Source: Paraspadella gotoi (taxonomy: Eukaryota > Animalia > Chaetognatha). From it: a DNA stretch of 64,000 nt. The notes below the pieces were generated by a model that worked only from the letters and a program-made list of their open reading frames with translations, was not told the DNA's origin and did not search any database. The stretch is from NCBI GenBank assembly GCA_051294375.1, contig CM119263.1, positions 25,758,436-25,822,435 on the forward strand, written 5' to 3'. This document shows, piece after piece, positions 12,410 to 26,700 of this stretch (its first letter is position 1; each line of letters opens with the position of its first letter). Position numbers and translations under genes: made by a program.

Positions 12410-12690
12410 AAATGTAAATTTTTAAATTTTAAGATCGGATTTGGATTCCTTGCAAAAAGTTTACATAAGAAAGTATAATTCTTTTTTTTAAATTCTTTAA
12501 TTAAGTTGGTGAAAAATATAAAAAACTATATTTAAAACATCGGTTTTAAATTTCCAGCTTAAAAATATAGTTTTTTTGTAATTTTAACTTATTTAATGAC
12601 ATAATTTTTGAAAAAGGTTTATATTTTTTTTCAACAACTGTTTACGAGGAATCTGAATCTGTTCTCAGAATTTAAAAAATTTTGAAATAT
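12410..12690. mobile_element. Degenerate fold-back/MITE-like AT-rich element
   Basis: AAGATCGGATTTGGATTCCTTG (about 12431) is the imperfect inverse of CGAGGAATCTGAATCTGTTCT (about 12646). A related motif, GAGCAATCTGAATCTGGTCT, occurs at about 41496. Confidence 0.35.
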
Positions 12691-15484
12691 TGACATATAA
12701 GGGTAGTATTATATACAAAATAAGTTGACTGGGCTATTATATTTATAAAAAAAAATAACTACAGATTAGTATTCATTAATATGATAGTTTTCAAGATATA
12801 ACTGTTAAATTTTGATTCCAAACTTTCACTTCATCCTAATGAACAGTTGTTTACTAAACTGTATAACCAACCCGTTACGTTTTCTTGCCTGAATGTTCAT
12901 CCGCATCATTTAATTCCAAGTTCATTCTCTTTCCACTCTTTTTCTTCCAATGTATTTTGAATTGAAAATATAAACGTTGCTCTAAATAAGGATTTCCCTC
13001 GGATTAAATACCATCTAGTTCGTCAATCATTTCTCATTGTTAGTTATGCGACGAATAGTAAATAAAGATTTTGAGTTCCTGAAACAAAAATAAAAAACTT
13101 TATATCGAAACAGCTTATGGTCGATCTCTAACCATCGGAGATAAAGGCAGTATTTTTTATTAAAAGATAGAAACAATTATGAATTTACTTATGCGACTTA
13201 GAACGTAGGAAGAAAGTCAGAAAGCTTAACCTAACTCGTAGATACTTGACAGATTACTGGCAGATCTGTGATTCTAAGCTCGAATCGCATAAGGCACAAA
13301 ATATATTGGTCAATAGTCATATTGAACTTGATCATTCTTCTTCAATGTCACAAAAACTCACAATGCCATTAAAAAAACACATGCGTAGCTCGATTCTGGT
13401 TCTGAGTCAACGGCGATAGCAAATAATTACAGGATTAATAAATAATCATTAATCAGTCATCATAGGATCGGCCTGCAAATTTACAATTTGCTCGTTTCGT
13501 TTCGTTTGTTTTAAAAGCTACGACTAACAATGGAAATTCAGACTTCGAACGATCTGAAGTAATTGAGAAATCCTTCTAGTTGAACTTTCCGCAACAAAGA
13601 CAAAAACAACAAAATACGTACTCAGAAACAACAACGATGAAGTTCAGATGATTTTCATCCCTGAAGCACAATTTTTAATAAACTATTTTTTTTTAAAGTG
13701 TTTTAATAAGAGACGACGCCTAATCACAAAACTTGACTGAATTCGCTAAGATTATTAAGATTAATAAAAGAGAATATCTTCTAGTTCTAGATCCCGACTC
13801 CGTTTCGATCGATGGAGAGAAATTTCCTATAATCTTCTTCCCTTTTTTCGTTGCTCCCGTTCTTTTGTCATTTTTTATCTCGCCAGTCGGGCTCAAGCCC
13901 CGTCTCAATTTTGTTTCGGCTCAGCTTCTTTGTGACGTCGTCGTCGTTAGCGGCACGCTTTTTTCTTATGATATCACACTTTTAATAGCCATGATAGCCG
14001 ACGACAATAACGACGACGTCACGAAAAAGCTTTTCTTTCGCTTTATATCGCCAAGACGGGCTTTGCCCCGTCTGGCAAGATAAAAACAAGTTAAGCTCTG
14101 CAGCGGTTGTATAAAAGGGTATATTCTAAGATGTTCAGTGTAAACAGTTTAACTTTGAATGCGCATTTCATTAGTATCATACGTGTTTGTTTTATTTATG
14201 ATGAATGATTCATCGTATCAATGAATGACTTATCGCATCAATGAATGATCAATGATCAATAAATGACTATCATCGCGTCAATCATTTGGTTATCATCGCA
14301 TCTATCATTTGGTTATCATCGCATCAATTATTAGTTATTGGTTATCACCGCATCAATTTTTTGTCTTTCTTTTTTTATTTCTTGATTTCCTCCTCTCGTC
14401 TGGCGAAATCACTATTCTCTTAAGATTTTTTTTCGCGTCTCTGGACCCGTCAATTCTACCTCCTCGGTTTCCCTTCGTCTAGAGGCGGAGTCCCTTGTAT
14501 TAATGGTCATTATCTTCGCCTATCAATTTTCTGCCTCAATGATAACGGGTAAGTGTCGTTTTAGCCGTCATTCTGGTTTTTTTCCAAAACCCGTTTTTCC
14601 CTGGATCGTTACTTTGGGGGAAATTAAGGTAAAAGACACGCCCAGGGCCTACGCATATAGCACACCCATATTACGTATTTATAGATAGAACAGGTCTGTC
14701 TTTATATTAGGATAATGGTAACCACCCAACTTTACACACTTATATTCAAAGTTATTGAAAAAATGACTTTCGTTTTATTGACAAAGAAATTGACTATTCT
14801 GCAAACAAAACCAGTAAACCACTAAGCGTGATACACAAAATAAACATGACGTTTCCTTCTCGTAAAAAATCGTATAGGAGAAAAAAACAAATCGCCCTTT
14901 TTTTTATCGGAAAAAATAATAAGTTTACATCTTAATTAAAGTTTAAACAACTGCGATTTAAAGAGAAATCCCGAAAAAAAATTCCGTCCTCAAACCAAAG
15001 CAAACCACCAAACTCGTGCTCTTCATCGTCATCATTGTCGTCGTCGTCGTTCCAATCGTCGTCGCTGTCGTCGTCGTAACTCAGACTTACCTGAACCATT
15101 CAGCGAATCATCGATCAGCTTCTTCTTCTGTTTGGTTTTGCCTCACCCGTTTCTAATTTCGCTTTTCTTAATTTTTAGTATTTTTTATTTGCCACTTAAT
15201 ACAGTTTAAAAAATTATTTTAATGAAAATAAACTAACACTAACACATTTTAATAATGTTAAGCTCTCGGCACTAAAATCGGCATCGTTAAACTCGGCATT
15301 CGACGAGATCTCGTCTCGTGACCTTCAATTCCGTTGACAGTAGCAACAAGAATATTCGTCCTTCTGACCTGCAAATCAGGCCTACTCCATTACCATGCTT
15401 CTCAATTAAAAAGTTATTAAGCATTCAATAAATGCAACTATTTTGCAAATTACGCTCGATAACTCTTATTTAATTTAGAGAACG

Positions 15485-17821
15485 ATGCTTATCATCCTGA
15501 CGGTTTTGTCGATCCTCGTTTTGACGGTGAACTCTCAAAAGGCCGACCTCGTTATAAACGGACGAGAAGACTGCAAGAAGAAAGTTGGTTTGGAAGGATG
15601 GTTCACTTGCAAGGACAATCGTAACCGATGCGTTCACGAAGACGCCATTTGCGACGGAGTCGCTGACTGCTATGGTGCGTTCCTGACGTCCAAAATATAA
15701 TTGCAGCGTTATAGAAAAATCAACTTGACATTGTGAAAAACCTACTTGTAGTCTAAAGACTTATACTTTTCTAAGTTTCTCTTAATTTATACAGTAAATG
15801 AAAAAAAAACATCATTTTTACAGACGCATCGGATGAAGTGGCGAGCGGATGGGCTCCGCAAAACCAGTGCAATTCCTTAACAATAAGCAAATATAAATGC
15901 CCAGAAAATTACATAAAATGTCATACTCTACAGGTTGGGTAAATCGCTATTAGTAAATTATATTTAAATAAATTATTAAAAATGTTTATTTAGGGCGCAG
16001 GCTGTCTTTCTGATCTCTGGAAATGTGATGGAACCCAGCACTGCCAGGACGATTCCGATGAGCAAGGTAACTGGAACTGGCATAATCATTAATGGCGTTT
16101 TTTTAAATGTTGCTTATCTGACATAAGACGGAATTCGATGGAAAGAAGACAAGATAACTGATGAAAAAAATTTTTACAATATTTATATTATGAAATTGGT
16201 ACAACCAATATAAAAATTATCCATTATTTTCATAACTAAGCTCTCTTGCCCCTGACTTTGGACAGGCTTTGGTGGTTTAAGGCCTCCATCACTCTTACAA
16301 GATAATGACATAGCAGGTCTCTTATTTTATAATGCCCAAGCTTTTCACTTCAAGAACACCAGATCAGTTTCCTGTAAAGTCATTCGTAGCATTTTCACGA
16401 ATGGTTGTCTTTTATTGACAGATTGTCCCAACGTCAACTTTCAATTGTCTTCTTCCACTGTCCTCGGAGTTTTCATCTTCGCTCTTTTAATTTTCACAGT
16501 CACGCTCTGTATTGCGGTTTTAGGTGAGTAGTTACGTAATGTTTTAAGTCAGTAATTACGTAATGTTTAAACGATAACTAGCTTAAAAACATATTGAAGA
16601 GACAGTAATTATTGTTATGTGATAGTGACAGAACCGTTCAATATAAGCAGTCCCTGAGCTTCGGATCAGGCTGTAACACCGTGTTACAGGCGGGTTAAGC
16701 GCCCCGTCCCTCTTAACTGCAAGGCGACCACCGGGCTAAAACCCCGGACCTTTGGGTTGGGAGGCGAATGACTTGCCTCCGGCCCCAATGGCCGCTGATG
16801 AACGGTTGGTGGATTTTAGTCCACCATAATATTCATTTTTAAAAACTATTTTAAAAATTTATCTGGTAAAATTCTCGTCAGGCGTTTACGCTACGAACAA
16901 AGCGCGCAGTCGCCGCCGCGCAGCCAACCGCCAAGCGGAGCAGCGGTCTCGACTCCGCGAGGTCTTCTCCGTTCTCGGCGACGATGGTTTGGACAACCCC
17001 ACCTTCGCCGTGGACCGTAACTCGTCGGCGGTGATGGCTCCGCCGCCATACGCCCTCGTTGAAGAGCAGAGGATCGCCCGGATGTTGGTGAGGATGGCGA
17101 AAAAAACGAACTAAACATATAAAAAATATATTGAAAAACGCCTTTAGCGTTCACTGGTTAATTTACAATAGAATTTATTAACTTTTCATTAATTCAAACA
17201 TTTCTATGTCTATGGACGGATCAATAAATTTAACAGGGGCATAAAGAATAAGATTTATTTGATTTTTCGCCTTCTATCTCTATGGGATGTTTTTCATGGC
17301 ATAAATCATAAATTTTAATACATCTCCTCGCCTATGTCAATAAGGGCTCCGAAACAGACGCTGTCGAAGCTTCTTCCTCCGCGTCTCCCAATTCCACGAA
17401 ACCTCCTTCCTACGAAGATATTTTCGGCGTCATCTCCGACCCGCGCGGCGTGACGGACCCGTCGTCACTTCCGAGGGGCGATGCGGACCCGTCTCACGTT
17501 CCAAGAGGCGTGGCTCTTCCGTCTCCCATTCCGAGCTACGTCTCATCTTTGCCACGAATTCCTCGCGAGGCAACAGTTTCCACTTCCGTTTATAGCGCCG
17601 AGACTGATTCGTCTTTCGTCCCTAGGAACGAGACGGCTTTGTCTCTTGTCCCTAGCAACGAGACGTCATCTTCTCTAGTCCCTAGCGACGCGACAGAGTC
17701 CCCTTCCGTTCCAAATGGGCGATCGTCATTGACGAATGGAGCTACTGACAATCGGATCGAAGCGACGAACGAGTCATCTCTCTCCCTTGACAACGAGGCG
17801 CAAAATCAAAGCAGCGCTTAG
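15485..17821 (+). CDS. Type I membrane protein: signal peptide, 2 LDL-receptor class A repeats, TM helix, cytoplasmic NPTF and PPPY/PPSY motifs (LDLRAD3-like architecture)
   Basis: Six in-frame exons: 15485-15674, 15824-15933, 15994-16067, 16422-16523, 16882-about 17087 and about 17345-17821. Motifs: FTC...CVHEDAICDGVADCYDASDE, CPENYIKC...WKCDGTQHCQDDSDEQDC, TM VLGVFIFALLIFTVTLCIAVLGVY, then RSRRR, DNPTF, APPPY and KPPSYEDI. Confidence 0.85.
16189..16320 (-). repeat. Second copy of the 5737-5870 interspersed repeat (intronic)
   Basis: Near-identical sequence to 5737-5870. Confidence 0.8.
16648..16795 (-). mobile_element. tRNA-derived SINE-like element or tRNA pseudogene with a structured tail
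   Basis: 72-nt head at 16795-16724 with acceptor stem GCGGCCA/TGGTCGC, T-arm CCGGG/CCCGG and ATTCGCCTCCCAA resembling the tRNA-Gly(CCC) anticodon region. The anticodon stem and T-loop are broken. Several hairpins follow. Confidence 0.55.
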
Positions 17822-18599
17822 TGGGCATTTGTTTAGCGCAATTTTGAATAATGAGATGTATTTTCTATCAGGTCTGGGCTTATTATTTATTTGTACTTAT
17901 GTTTTATACGTATTTGTATTAAAACTGTGATGAAACGGTTACTAATTCGGGTAGTTTTAGCTGCCGCCTTCAACATTGCACCTTCTTGCGTTAAGGTTAT
18001 TTTTTTTAAAAGCTTAAAAAATTTACAACAACGTTTTAATGACGTTTATTGACATTAAGTTGAAATATTTTCATTTTAATGACAACACTTATTTAATATT
18101 AACTATTATCTACAATTTAATATATATTATTTTTATTTATACAATGGATAATGTTAAATGACAACTTAACAATCCGAAAATGCATCAATGGTTTGTGTTG
18201 CGTTGATCAGTATTAGAACCTTAAATGTAAAGAACTTGTATGTATTAACTGTTGTAAAGGACATGCGGATTTTTTTTTATTATATGTAATATATTGCGTT
18301 CATTCTGAACCCTGTTTTTATTATTATTTATCAGTAGATATTTTTGGTGACTTTTTTCTTTGAATTTATTTCAGTAACCTTGCCTGAGTCGGGGCCAGAA
18401 GTTTCTTTCTAAATATAACTAAATATAATAGTTTAAATAGGTTAAAATGATCTTGCGTACTTGTAGCGGAGGTAAATATTGCGTTCAACAAACAGCTAAA
18501 AAGTAATTAAATAATAAATTTAATTTACATATTATACAATATACGTATACAGACATTCTCGGGCGGTATTGACGTGGAATCAAAGGAAGAAGAAAAAAT

Positions 18600-19761
18600 T
18601 TAATCGTATTGAATATTTCCGGAGAGAGATTGAAGAGAACCCGAACGATCGGGGGTGTTTGGGTTTCGGTTCAACCCACCGGGATTGCTGGTTTGGCTGG
18701 AGAGTCGCGACCTGGAAATGGATATTATTATTATTAAACATCCACCAGCCAATCGATATTATCGTTGAACCAAATAAACAATCAAATGATCAATCAATTA
18801 ACTCGAAAGCGCATCATTGAATCGCCAAATGAAATTATCAATCAATCAAATTTGTCAAACGATCAAATACTTGATAAAATTATCAATCAATCAATCAATC
18901 ACAAGTTTCTTTACTGACCTCGAATTCGATCGACTCTGCTCTCGACTCTGTCTCTTGTACATCTCCAGTTCCAACGCCGCTCGTTTGTGTTCCTTCTCTC
19001 CACCGGAGAATTCACTGTGGACGGCACAGAGGATTTGTCAAAATTTAAAAAAACTCTGAATTTACCTTTCGTGCAGAATGGATTAACGAGGCTAACAAGT
19101 GCGTTTTTAAAATCCGATAAAAGTCTTTAGTTAATTCCGATAATTTTCGAGTAAGATTTTATTTGTCCGAACATCAAGCTCGTAATTTTTACCGACTATA
19201 TGAATAATGTATAACGATAGAATATTGAATAACGATCTTTGGCTCATGCTTAATCCGTTTACAGTCTTTAGTTAATGCCGATAATTAACGAGTAAGATTT
19301 TTTTCCCCGTACATCAAGCTAGTTATATCTTTCGACTATATGAATATTGAATAACGATCCTTTGCTCATGCTTAGTCCTCATTGCTTAGTCCTACTTACT
19401 CGCTAAATTTTGACTATTAAAACATATATATTTAAAAAACAAAATAACGTTAGGATACGTCCTCCCACTCGTCGGTACTGGAAACGAAACAAAGCGACGA
19501 AAAAGAAGAGCATCATTAGATTAGTCGATGACCAAATAATGTTCACCGATTTTTTTATATTAAAGTTTACTTTGACAGTAAACATTTACTATTACGTATG
19601 TTAAATACATAAAATTAAAATAGAGTGCAGGCAGAAAGTAGACCTGAAATCGATTTCTCCGTCACCGTCGGCGTCGAGTTTGTCGAGCAGAGCCTCCAGC
19701 TGTTCTTCTGTCAATCCCACTTCGCTTTTCTGTGTACGAAAAAAGATAGATAGATAGAGAG

Positions 19762-19804
<43 letters not shown>

Positions 19805-20680
19805 TCTTATTAGTATATATATTATTAGTATTAGTATATTATTACGTCATATGCGAAAATAAAATCAATCACTCAATCGAATCTAACGATCAAGCACCAA
19901 AATACGACTTTTAAAAAGGCAAAGAGAGAGAGAGAGAGCGAGAGCTCCGTCTCCTTACCCGTATCCCTTCTTTGAACTCGTCCCTCGTGACGCTTTTGCT
20001 CCCGTCCTTGTCCATCCCGCGGAAGAGATCGAAGAGGCGGAGGTTCTTGGCCTTCATGTACGTCTTGAGGATCGTCATCGGGTCGTTGGCGAAGAGCTCC
20101 TCGGGGTCCATGTGGGTCTGGAAGGGAAAAGAGAAAGAAAGAATAAAAGAAAGAAAGAAAGGAGGCGGTAAACGAAAATGATTCATATTTTTATAATTTT
20201 TTCAAACAAATTATCTTACAGAATTTTTACCAGTTTTATCACAGTCGATCATTTTTTGGCTAGTTATAAATAATCTTGCTATTGTCGTATTAATTTTTAA
20301 AAAAACCAGCATTAACGAGGAGTTTCTTAATAGTGACGTAATAGACTCGAATTACCAGACAATTTGCCACGACTCACCCATCCCAGCTTAGACTTTCCCG
20401 CCTCACGTTTCAATAACAGCACTCCACATTCCAAAATAACACGACTGACCAGGCCGGAGTCGGCTTGCAGATTGACCGTCCGATCCCGAATCGTTTCCCC
20501 GAAGACGATTTCTGGAACTTCCGTCCGCGTCGTCTTCACCTCCTCCATCATCTCCACGAAGTCCTCGTTCACGGGGACGCCCTTGTGGGGATGGAGGTTG
20601 GGGTAGGGATTAGAGCGGGACAAAGGGGTCAGGGCTTTTTCTTCCTCACTCTTTTTATTCTCTTTTTTTCTTTCTTTATT

Positions 20681-20771
<91 letters not shown>

Positions 20772-23700
20772 CATATTCTTTTATTCTCTTTCTTTCTTTA
20801 TCTATCCCAGCATGTGGTCGCACCGTTGATTATCGAATACGTAACCACTGACTTTAGTACAGAGTGAAAACCGACAATAACTTTCAAAAGTTCACTACTA
20901 CTTGCCAAGTATCTCCGGGGTCTATGCACTATTTTAATTTTGTGCATGGGGGAGGAACAATTCAATTTCATTTAATATGAAAGTGAAAAGATAGAAAACA
21001 AGTTTGAGCAAACAATGTCGGATCTGCCTATGATAATTACGCGGTTTTAAGCTAATCAGATTGAAAGATTTTGTGACCTTGTGTCTGGTCATTTTTCCCT
21101 GGTCATTTAGTTGACCTTTTCAGACCAGTCTTTTCAACGTTCTAGTCGCTTTCTCGAAGCTTTCTTTTAGCCGAAAACCTCGTCACTTGTTATTCAATCA
21201 TAATCGGCTGTATGGAACCATAGTTTTTACGGAATCCAAGGATTTTCTACTTGAATTTATAGTACATCATTAATTTCGCCATTTATTTACCTCTACAATA
21301 AAAAAACTTATTCACGATTTATTCTTCATTTATTCAACATTTACATCATTCGATATTTAGAAAACCTTGCTCCATGTTAAAGCCAGTTCAACCTACGGCC
21401 GACGAATCAAACGCGCGACCCTCGAGGCATAGAAAATAACATTTTCGACACCGATGATAAATCTTGACTTTCAATTTGTGATCTTAACAGATCATAACAA
21501 ATCGTAACATAACAAATCATAACAGACTTCATAATAAAATGAAAAAATCTATAATTCAATTGATCTATCAATCATTACCTGTAGCTTACATAATTTGGTC
21601 AACTGGCATAATTTGGTCAACTGGCATAATTTGGTCAACTCACATAATTTGGCAAATGGCATAATTTGGTCAATCAATCAATCAATCTATCAGAGATATA
21701 ACGAGAGAGAAAAGTTAAAAAATTTATATAAATGTGTCTTTTGGTTTTCTATTATAAACTCTTTTCCATCCATCCAATCACGGGTAATTGGAGTTTAATG
21801 AAAAGGTGGGATGGACCTTCAGACAGACAGACGGACGGACGGACATCGTTTTTTTGGCATAATTTATCATAATTCGATGTTCTAACATGATTTAAGTGAG
21901 TGCCCGACAAGACTAAGGGGGGGACTGACGGACCGACAAAGTGGATTATAGAGTCGGGATCTGCTGATAAAAATTTGGCCACTAATTTTATTATTGTATC
22001 TCAAATCGTTCAGACAGGGCAGGATGTTAAGTTTTGTCCAGATATATGCTCCCACCCCTGGAGTTATCTAACTAGGTTTCGGTTAATAAATTAGAGTGCC
22101 TCTATTCGTATCATTTTTGCTTCGCCAATCGACGACATTGTATAACGTTATACTTGTTTATCAACTAATTACATAATCAGTAGAGTGGAGCTCTCGAGAA
22201 TAAAAAATGGTATGATGGAATGATTAACGAGTATAAAAAATATTTTGCTCATATTGTTTGGGGAACAGAATCATAAAATACAATATATTCATAGTAATAT
22301 CATTATAAAATAGTAAAATTTTAAAATAATTTTTTAAAACTGAAAAATTTTGTCATCCTCTGTATTAAAAATAGAAAAAAGATACAAATTCATAACTTTT
22401 TATTTTTTTACGGCAAATCCTAATCTGTTCTTAAAAGATCAAAAATTTCATTTTAAAATTTTATGTTTAAATAAGGATATTAATTACTACAGAGAAAATA
22501 GAATTTACTCTACTGTTATGCTAAAAAATATTTTAAAGGATTTAAATTTACATGTACAATGTATATGTAATTAACGAAATTTAAATCCCGTCCCGATTGA
22601 ATTGAATTTCATAGTATATTTTTACCTTAATAATCTTTTTTTTTCGTGTTTTTATTTTCTGTTAAATTCTAAACGTAAACTATTTAGCACCACTTTATGT
22701 CCAAGTAAAAAATTCTGAAATTATCTATTAACTCATACATTTATTAGTAAATTTATTTATTTCGAATTTGATAAGTCACTTTGCTTTAATCATAATACAG
22801 AATGAAGTAGAGTAAAGTGAATTTAAATATCCCACCCTTAATTGGAGGAGCCACCCACCGCTCCTTTTTACGATTTTTTCTATCGAATTTGTTAAAAGGA
22901 AAGGAAATGTGTAATCTAAAACGTAACGTTTTATCTTTACAAGGTGACCCACGACTTGTGAAAATTTTTTTATTCAAATTTTATATTGATTGGTTTTGAT
23001 TTGACTTGGCAATGAGCGGAGAAAAGCTGCCTTCAAAATCGTGTTTCATTTTAAAACTCCATTTTTTTCCTTCAATCTGTTTGTCTAACTTTTTAAACAT
23101 TTTTTTAAATAACTTCTCTTCAAAACACTAAGTTTTCATTCGACTTCTAAAAAGGAGATTTTTATCTTGGGGACGTGACCTCAACTTGGCATCACCTCGA
23201 CCTTACCTCCATGTCAAGAAGAGTAAGCGCGCTGCTGTCGTTCCTCAAGTAAGCTGAGAGCAGAGACAAGGCCCCCGCGGGACGAAGAGAGTTTTTCCCC
23301 ACTTTTACCACCTAAAAAAAATTTACTGTTAAATTCATCGAGCGATTCCTCATCTTAATTATCATTGTTTTAGCGATTAGTGGAAACTAAAGTCGTGCAG
23401 AGGGAGCAATAGCTGCAATAACGACAACAACAAAAACAACCTGAAGAATGTCGTTGGCTTCAATGCCCTTGGACATTCCCCCTGCTCCGTCGTACGTGAT
23501 TCTGTTGCAAGTCAGATCCAGTTCCAGCAAACATCTGTATTATTGTTCAATGATAACAATTATTTTTAACCTTATAATTTAGAAAGAAAATGAAATATTT
23601 ATGGCAAGATTCATATATGCATATATAGAAATATATTTCTATTTATGAGGAAAGAAAGGAGGCGTGATACGTATTGATTATATAGAGATAAGATAAATTA

Positions 23701-26700
23701 TCGAAACCTAAACAAAGTATATCAGAACGATAAAAATACTGGCTATCACGACAAGAGTAGTATATCAAGAGCCGTTCTGTCCTTCTTTCGGGGCTCATCT
23801 TTGGTCATCCGCGCGGAACCTGTTGTGCTGCAAGGCTATTCCCATAGCAACGGCGCCGGAATCCCCGAACCCGTTCCAAGCCAAGCAGAGATACTTGAGT
23901 CCGATGTTCTCTTGAAGTCCTTCGGCGACGGCGAGGGCGCCGCGCTGTCGGAGATTGTTCCAACTCAAATCGAGAGACTCTAGACTTTCGTTTTGCGCTG
24001 TGGGGAATCAGAATCAATATTCATATTATGAGGAGCAACTCTATAAGTCACTTTTCGGTCGGTCTGTCCGTCGCTCCGTCTGTCTGTCGGTCTGTCCCAC
24101 TTACGTTAAAAATCCATATAATTTGCCTATAGTTGGTTGGTTGGTTGTTAAGACGGAAAAAAACCTCAAATCTAAGGGACTGCGAGCTCCGCCTTCAGGA
24201 ATTCCTTAAACTATAAAGAATAAAAGACAGAATTTTGATGCAGTGCATGTCATAAATACTCGGGCAAAAAAATTGTTATCATGTCATATCATCTCATATC
24301 ATGTGATCAAAGGGAAATACACGTGAAAATAAAGTCACTTCATCGCAACACATTGTAATTCCCGTTCTTTTTATTCATACCAAATTACATACATACCAAT
24401 ATACAGCTAAACGAAAACGGAAAAAAATGAATATACACATAATATAAATAAGTGAAATAAGTAATTTTGCAACTTTCATAAATAAGTAATAATTTTATGA
24501 GACAGTGAAATACCGTAAGACTGAAAATACAAGTTCCGTCACCTAAAAATTTTATAATGATACTTTTTTATAGCACGAGTCTCAAAGGTCACTGAGAAAA
24601 AAACCGCTATTACTAGTTCAAATCTTAGTAAAAAAAAAGAATCTTAAAGAATACAAAAGTACAAGTGTCACTAATTTAACGTTTAGAATAGATACTTGAT
24701 CTTATTTTTTTATACTAAAAATCATTTTACCTAAAATTTTTCCTATCCACATTCCTCCATCCTCGCAAAATTTGTTGTGGGTCAAAATAAGCTGTTTCAG
24801 TGTTATGTTCACCTGACAAACATGATAAACATTAGTATAATAATTACAAACAAGTAAATATCGTTCAATCTGAATAACCTTCAGCGCATTGTAAAATTCC
24901 TCTGCGTCTCGATCAGAAAATTCGTTGGCGGACAGATCCAATTTCACGAGTACCTTAAGTTAACCAAAAATTTGATAGTCGTTAAGAAAAATAAGTTAAA
25001 TACAGTTAGATATTGTAACATTATAAATTCAAAGCCCTTGTGATTCTATCAAACTCTTCCATGATTCGATATCTGCGACCCTCGTCACAGATATATATTA
25101 AATAAATCCTTTTATAATTTTAATTATTTATGTTAACTGCGATATCCCAAGAAACCAATAATTTAAGAATCTGAAAAATTACATTTTGAAAAACCAGGAT
25201 AAAAACGTAATAGGTTGATTTTTAAATAACCGTTGTCTTGACCTTACCCTTAAAGTTAAAACCCAAAATTTAAATACATCTCATTCCTCCAATATTTTTA
25301 ATTCTTATTAATTTGTCTTCGTCTCGTTTCGTGGGAAACGCGGGGAAGATGACAGCGAACGTCTTTTGATCGGTTTCGCGGTCACGGTCAGGGTCGTGTC
25401 AAAAGCCGAGATAGTTTTATTGCCAAGGCCGATTTCAATGTCTAGGCCGCCTATAAGTATAACTAGTCCACTAGTACGCAGTAGACATTGGGCCGACTAA
25501 AAAAAAAATCGATTTACTCAAAAGTCTCTCACAGTCGTGACTTTCAAGGTCACAAGATTCCCGTCAAAGTAGCAACCTTCTTTTAGATATACTGAAGAGA
25601 TCGAAGCCCATTTAGCAAGACGCTGAATCGCTTCATGTTTCGAACTGCAACGCAATATTTCTATCTGCGCACAGTTTTTTAAAATTGACTTTTCCCTTTC
25701 CGATATTAAATTATTTAACTACTGAAGGCGCACTTGAAGAAAATAGGTCTTAATGTCAAGTTACTTCTTTTTTCCGAAGAGAAGGAAAAACCGGTTGTCC
25801 TTTTGATCTCAGAAAGCGAGTTATCGCACGGAATTTTTTAAGAAAGCAGCGCAGGAGTGAGATCAGGTATTTAGTAATTGTCGGGAAACATGCGAAAAAA
25901 ATAAATACTATGACTATGTTTTAAAAATAGGATTAGTATTTTTTCCAATTTTTCGTCAACTTATTTTCTTTTCCATAACAATTTTTTTTTTAAAAATGTC
26001 CTATTTGTTAGTTTTTAAAACTTACTTTACTAATTACCACTAGTTATTTTACTAATTACATGATGAATTAAATATAAAATTAGAATAAAAATAAATTTTC
26101 ACCTGATTTTCTCTTAACATGTCGGTCATCGCTTTGCATCCGATTTTTCCAAGACGATTTTCGGCGCACACCTTTGACAAATATACACGGATTTCAAATG
26201 GGAGTGAAATGAAAAGAATTGTTATAACTCTTAACTGACTGAATGAGATTTACATTTGTCCATTTCATTAGTTAGAAAATCCCCTGACGTTTATGTTTTT
26301 ATAAAGCAAATTGATACATTACATCATAACAACTGGTGCGCTTGCCTTCCATTAGTTTTTTTTGCGACATTTCTCCCCTCTTATTTGATAGTTCTATTTT
26401 AAACTCATTGTGAAAAAAATTGAGACGAAAATTTTAATTGATTTTACAATTATTAGTTAGTATAATGTCTTGGGAGCATGTAAAAAAATTCTTAAGAATA
26501 TATTTCAAGTTTTAGTAAAGAAATAGGCCAGGTAATTGTTCTTTTTTAATTTTTTTCAAAGGTGAAATTTTTAATTTTTATAAAATAAAAACGGCTGTCA
26601 TTGTGGTTGTAAAATAATTCTTGACATTCTGATTACTCAGACTTATACTCCAATGTCTATATTTATAAGATGACCCGAAATTTTTGAACATTTTACTTTT

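Noticed and set aside
15085-15094. ACTTACCTG, the U1 snRNA 5' end
   Set aside because: No U1 stem-loops or Sm site follow; it is simply a consensus donor on the minus strand.
16724-16795. Functional tRNA-Gly gene
   Set aside because: The anticodon stem is unpaired and the T-loop lacks TTC, so it is treated as a SINE head or pseudogene.
20465-20851. ORF-track proteins rich in FFLS/ERKK/SLSL/ERER (also 31784-32249, 46748-47991, 56389-58605, 60967-62359)
   Set aside because: These are translations of (AAAG)n and (AG)n microsatellites, which lack stops by construction.
25380-25470. Canonical Helitron 3' end (hairpin plus CTAG)
   Set aside because: The hairpin is weak, and no 5' end or second copy was found in the window.
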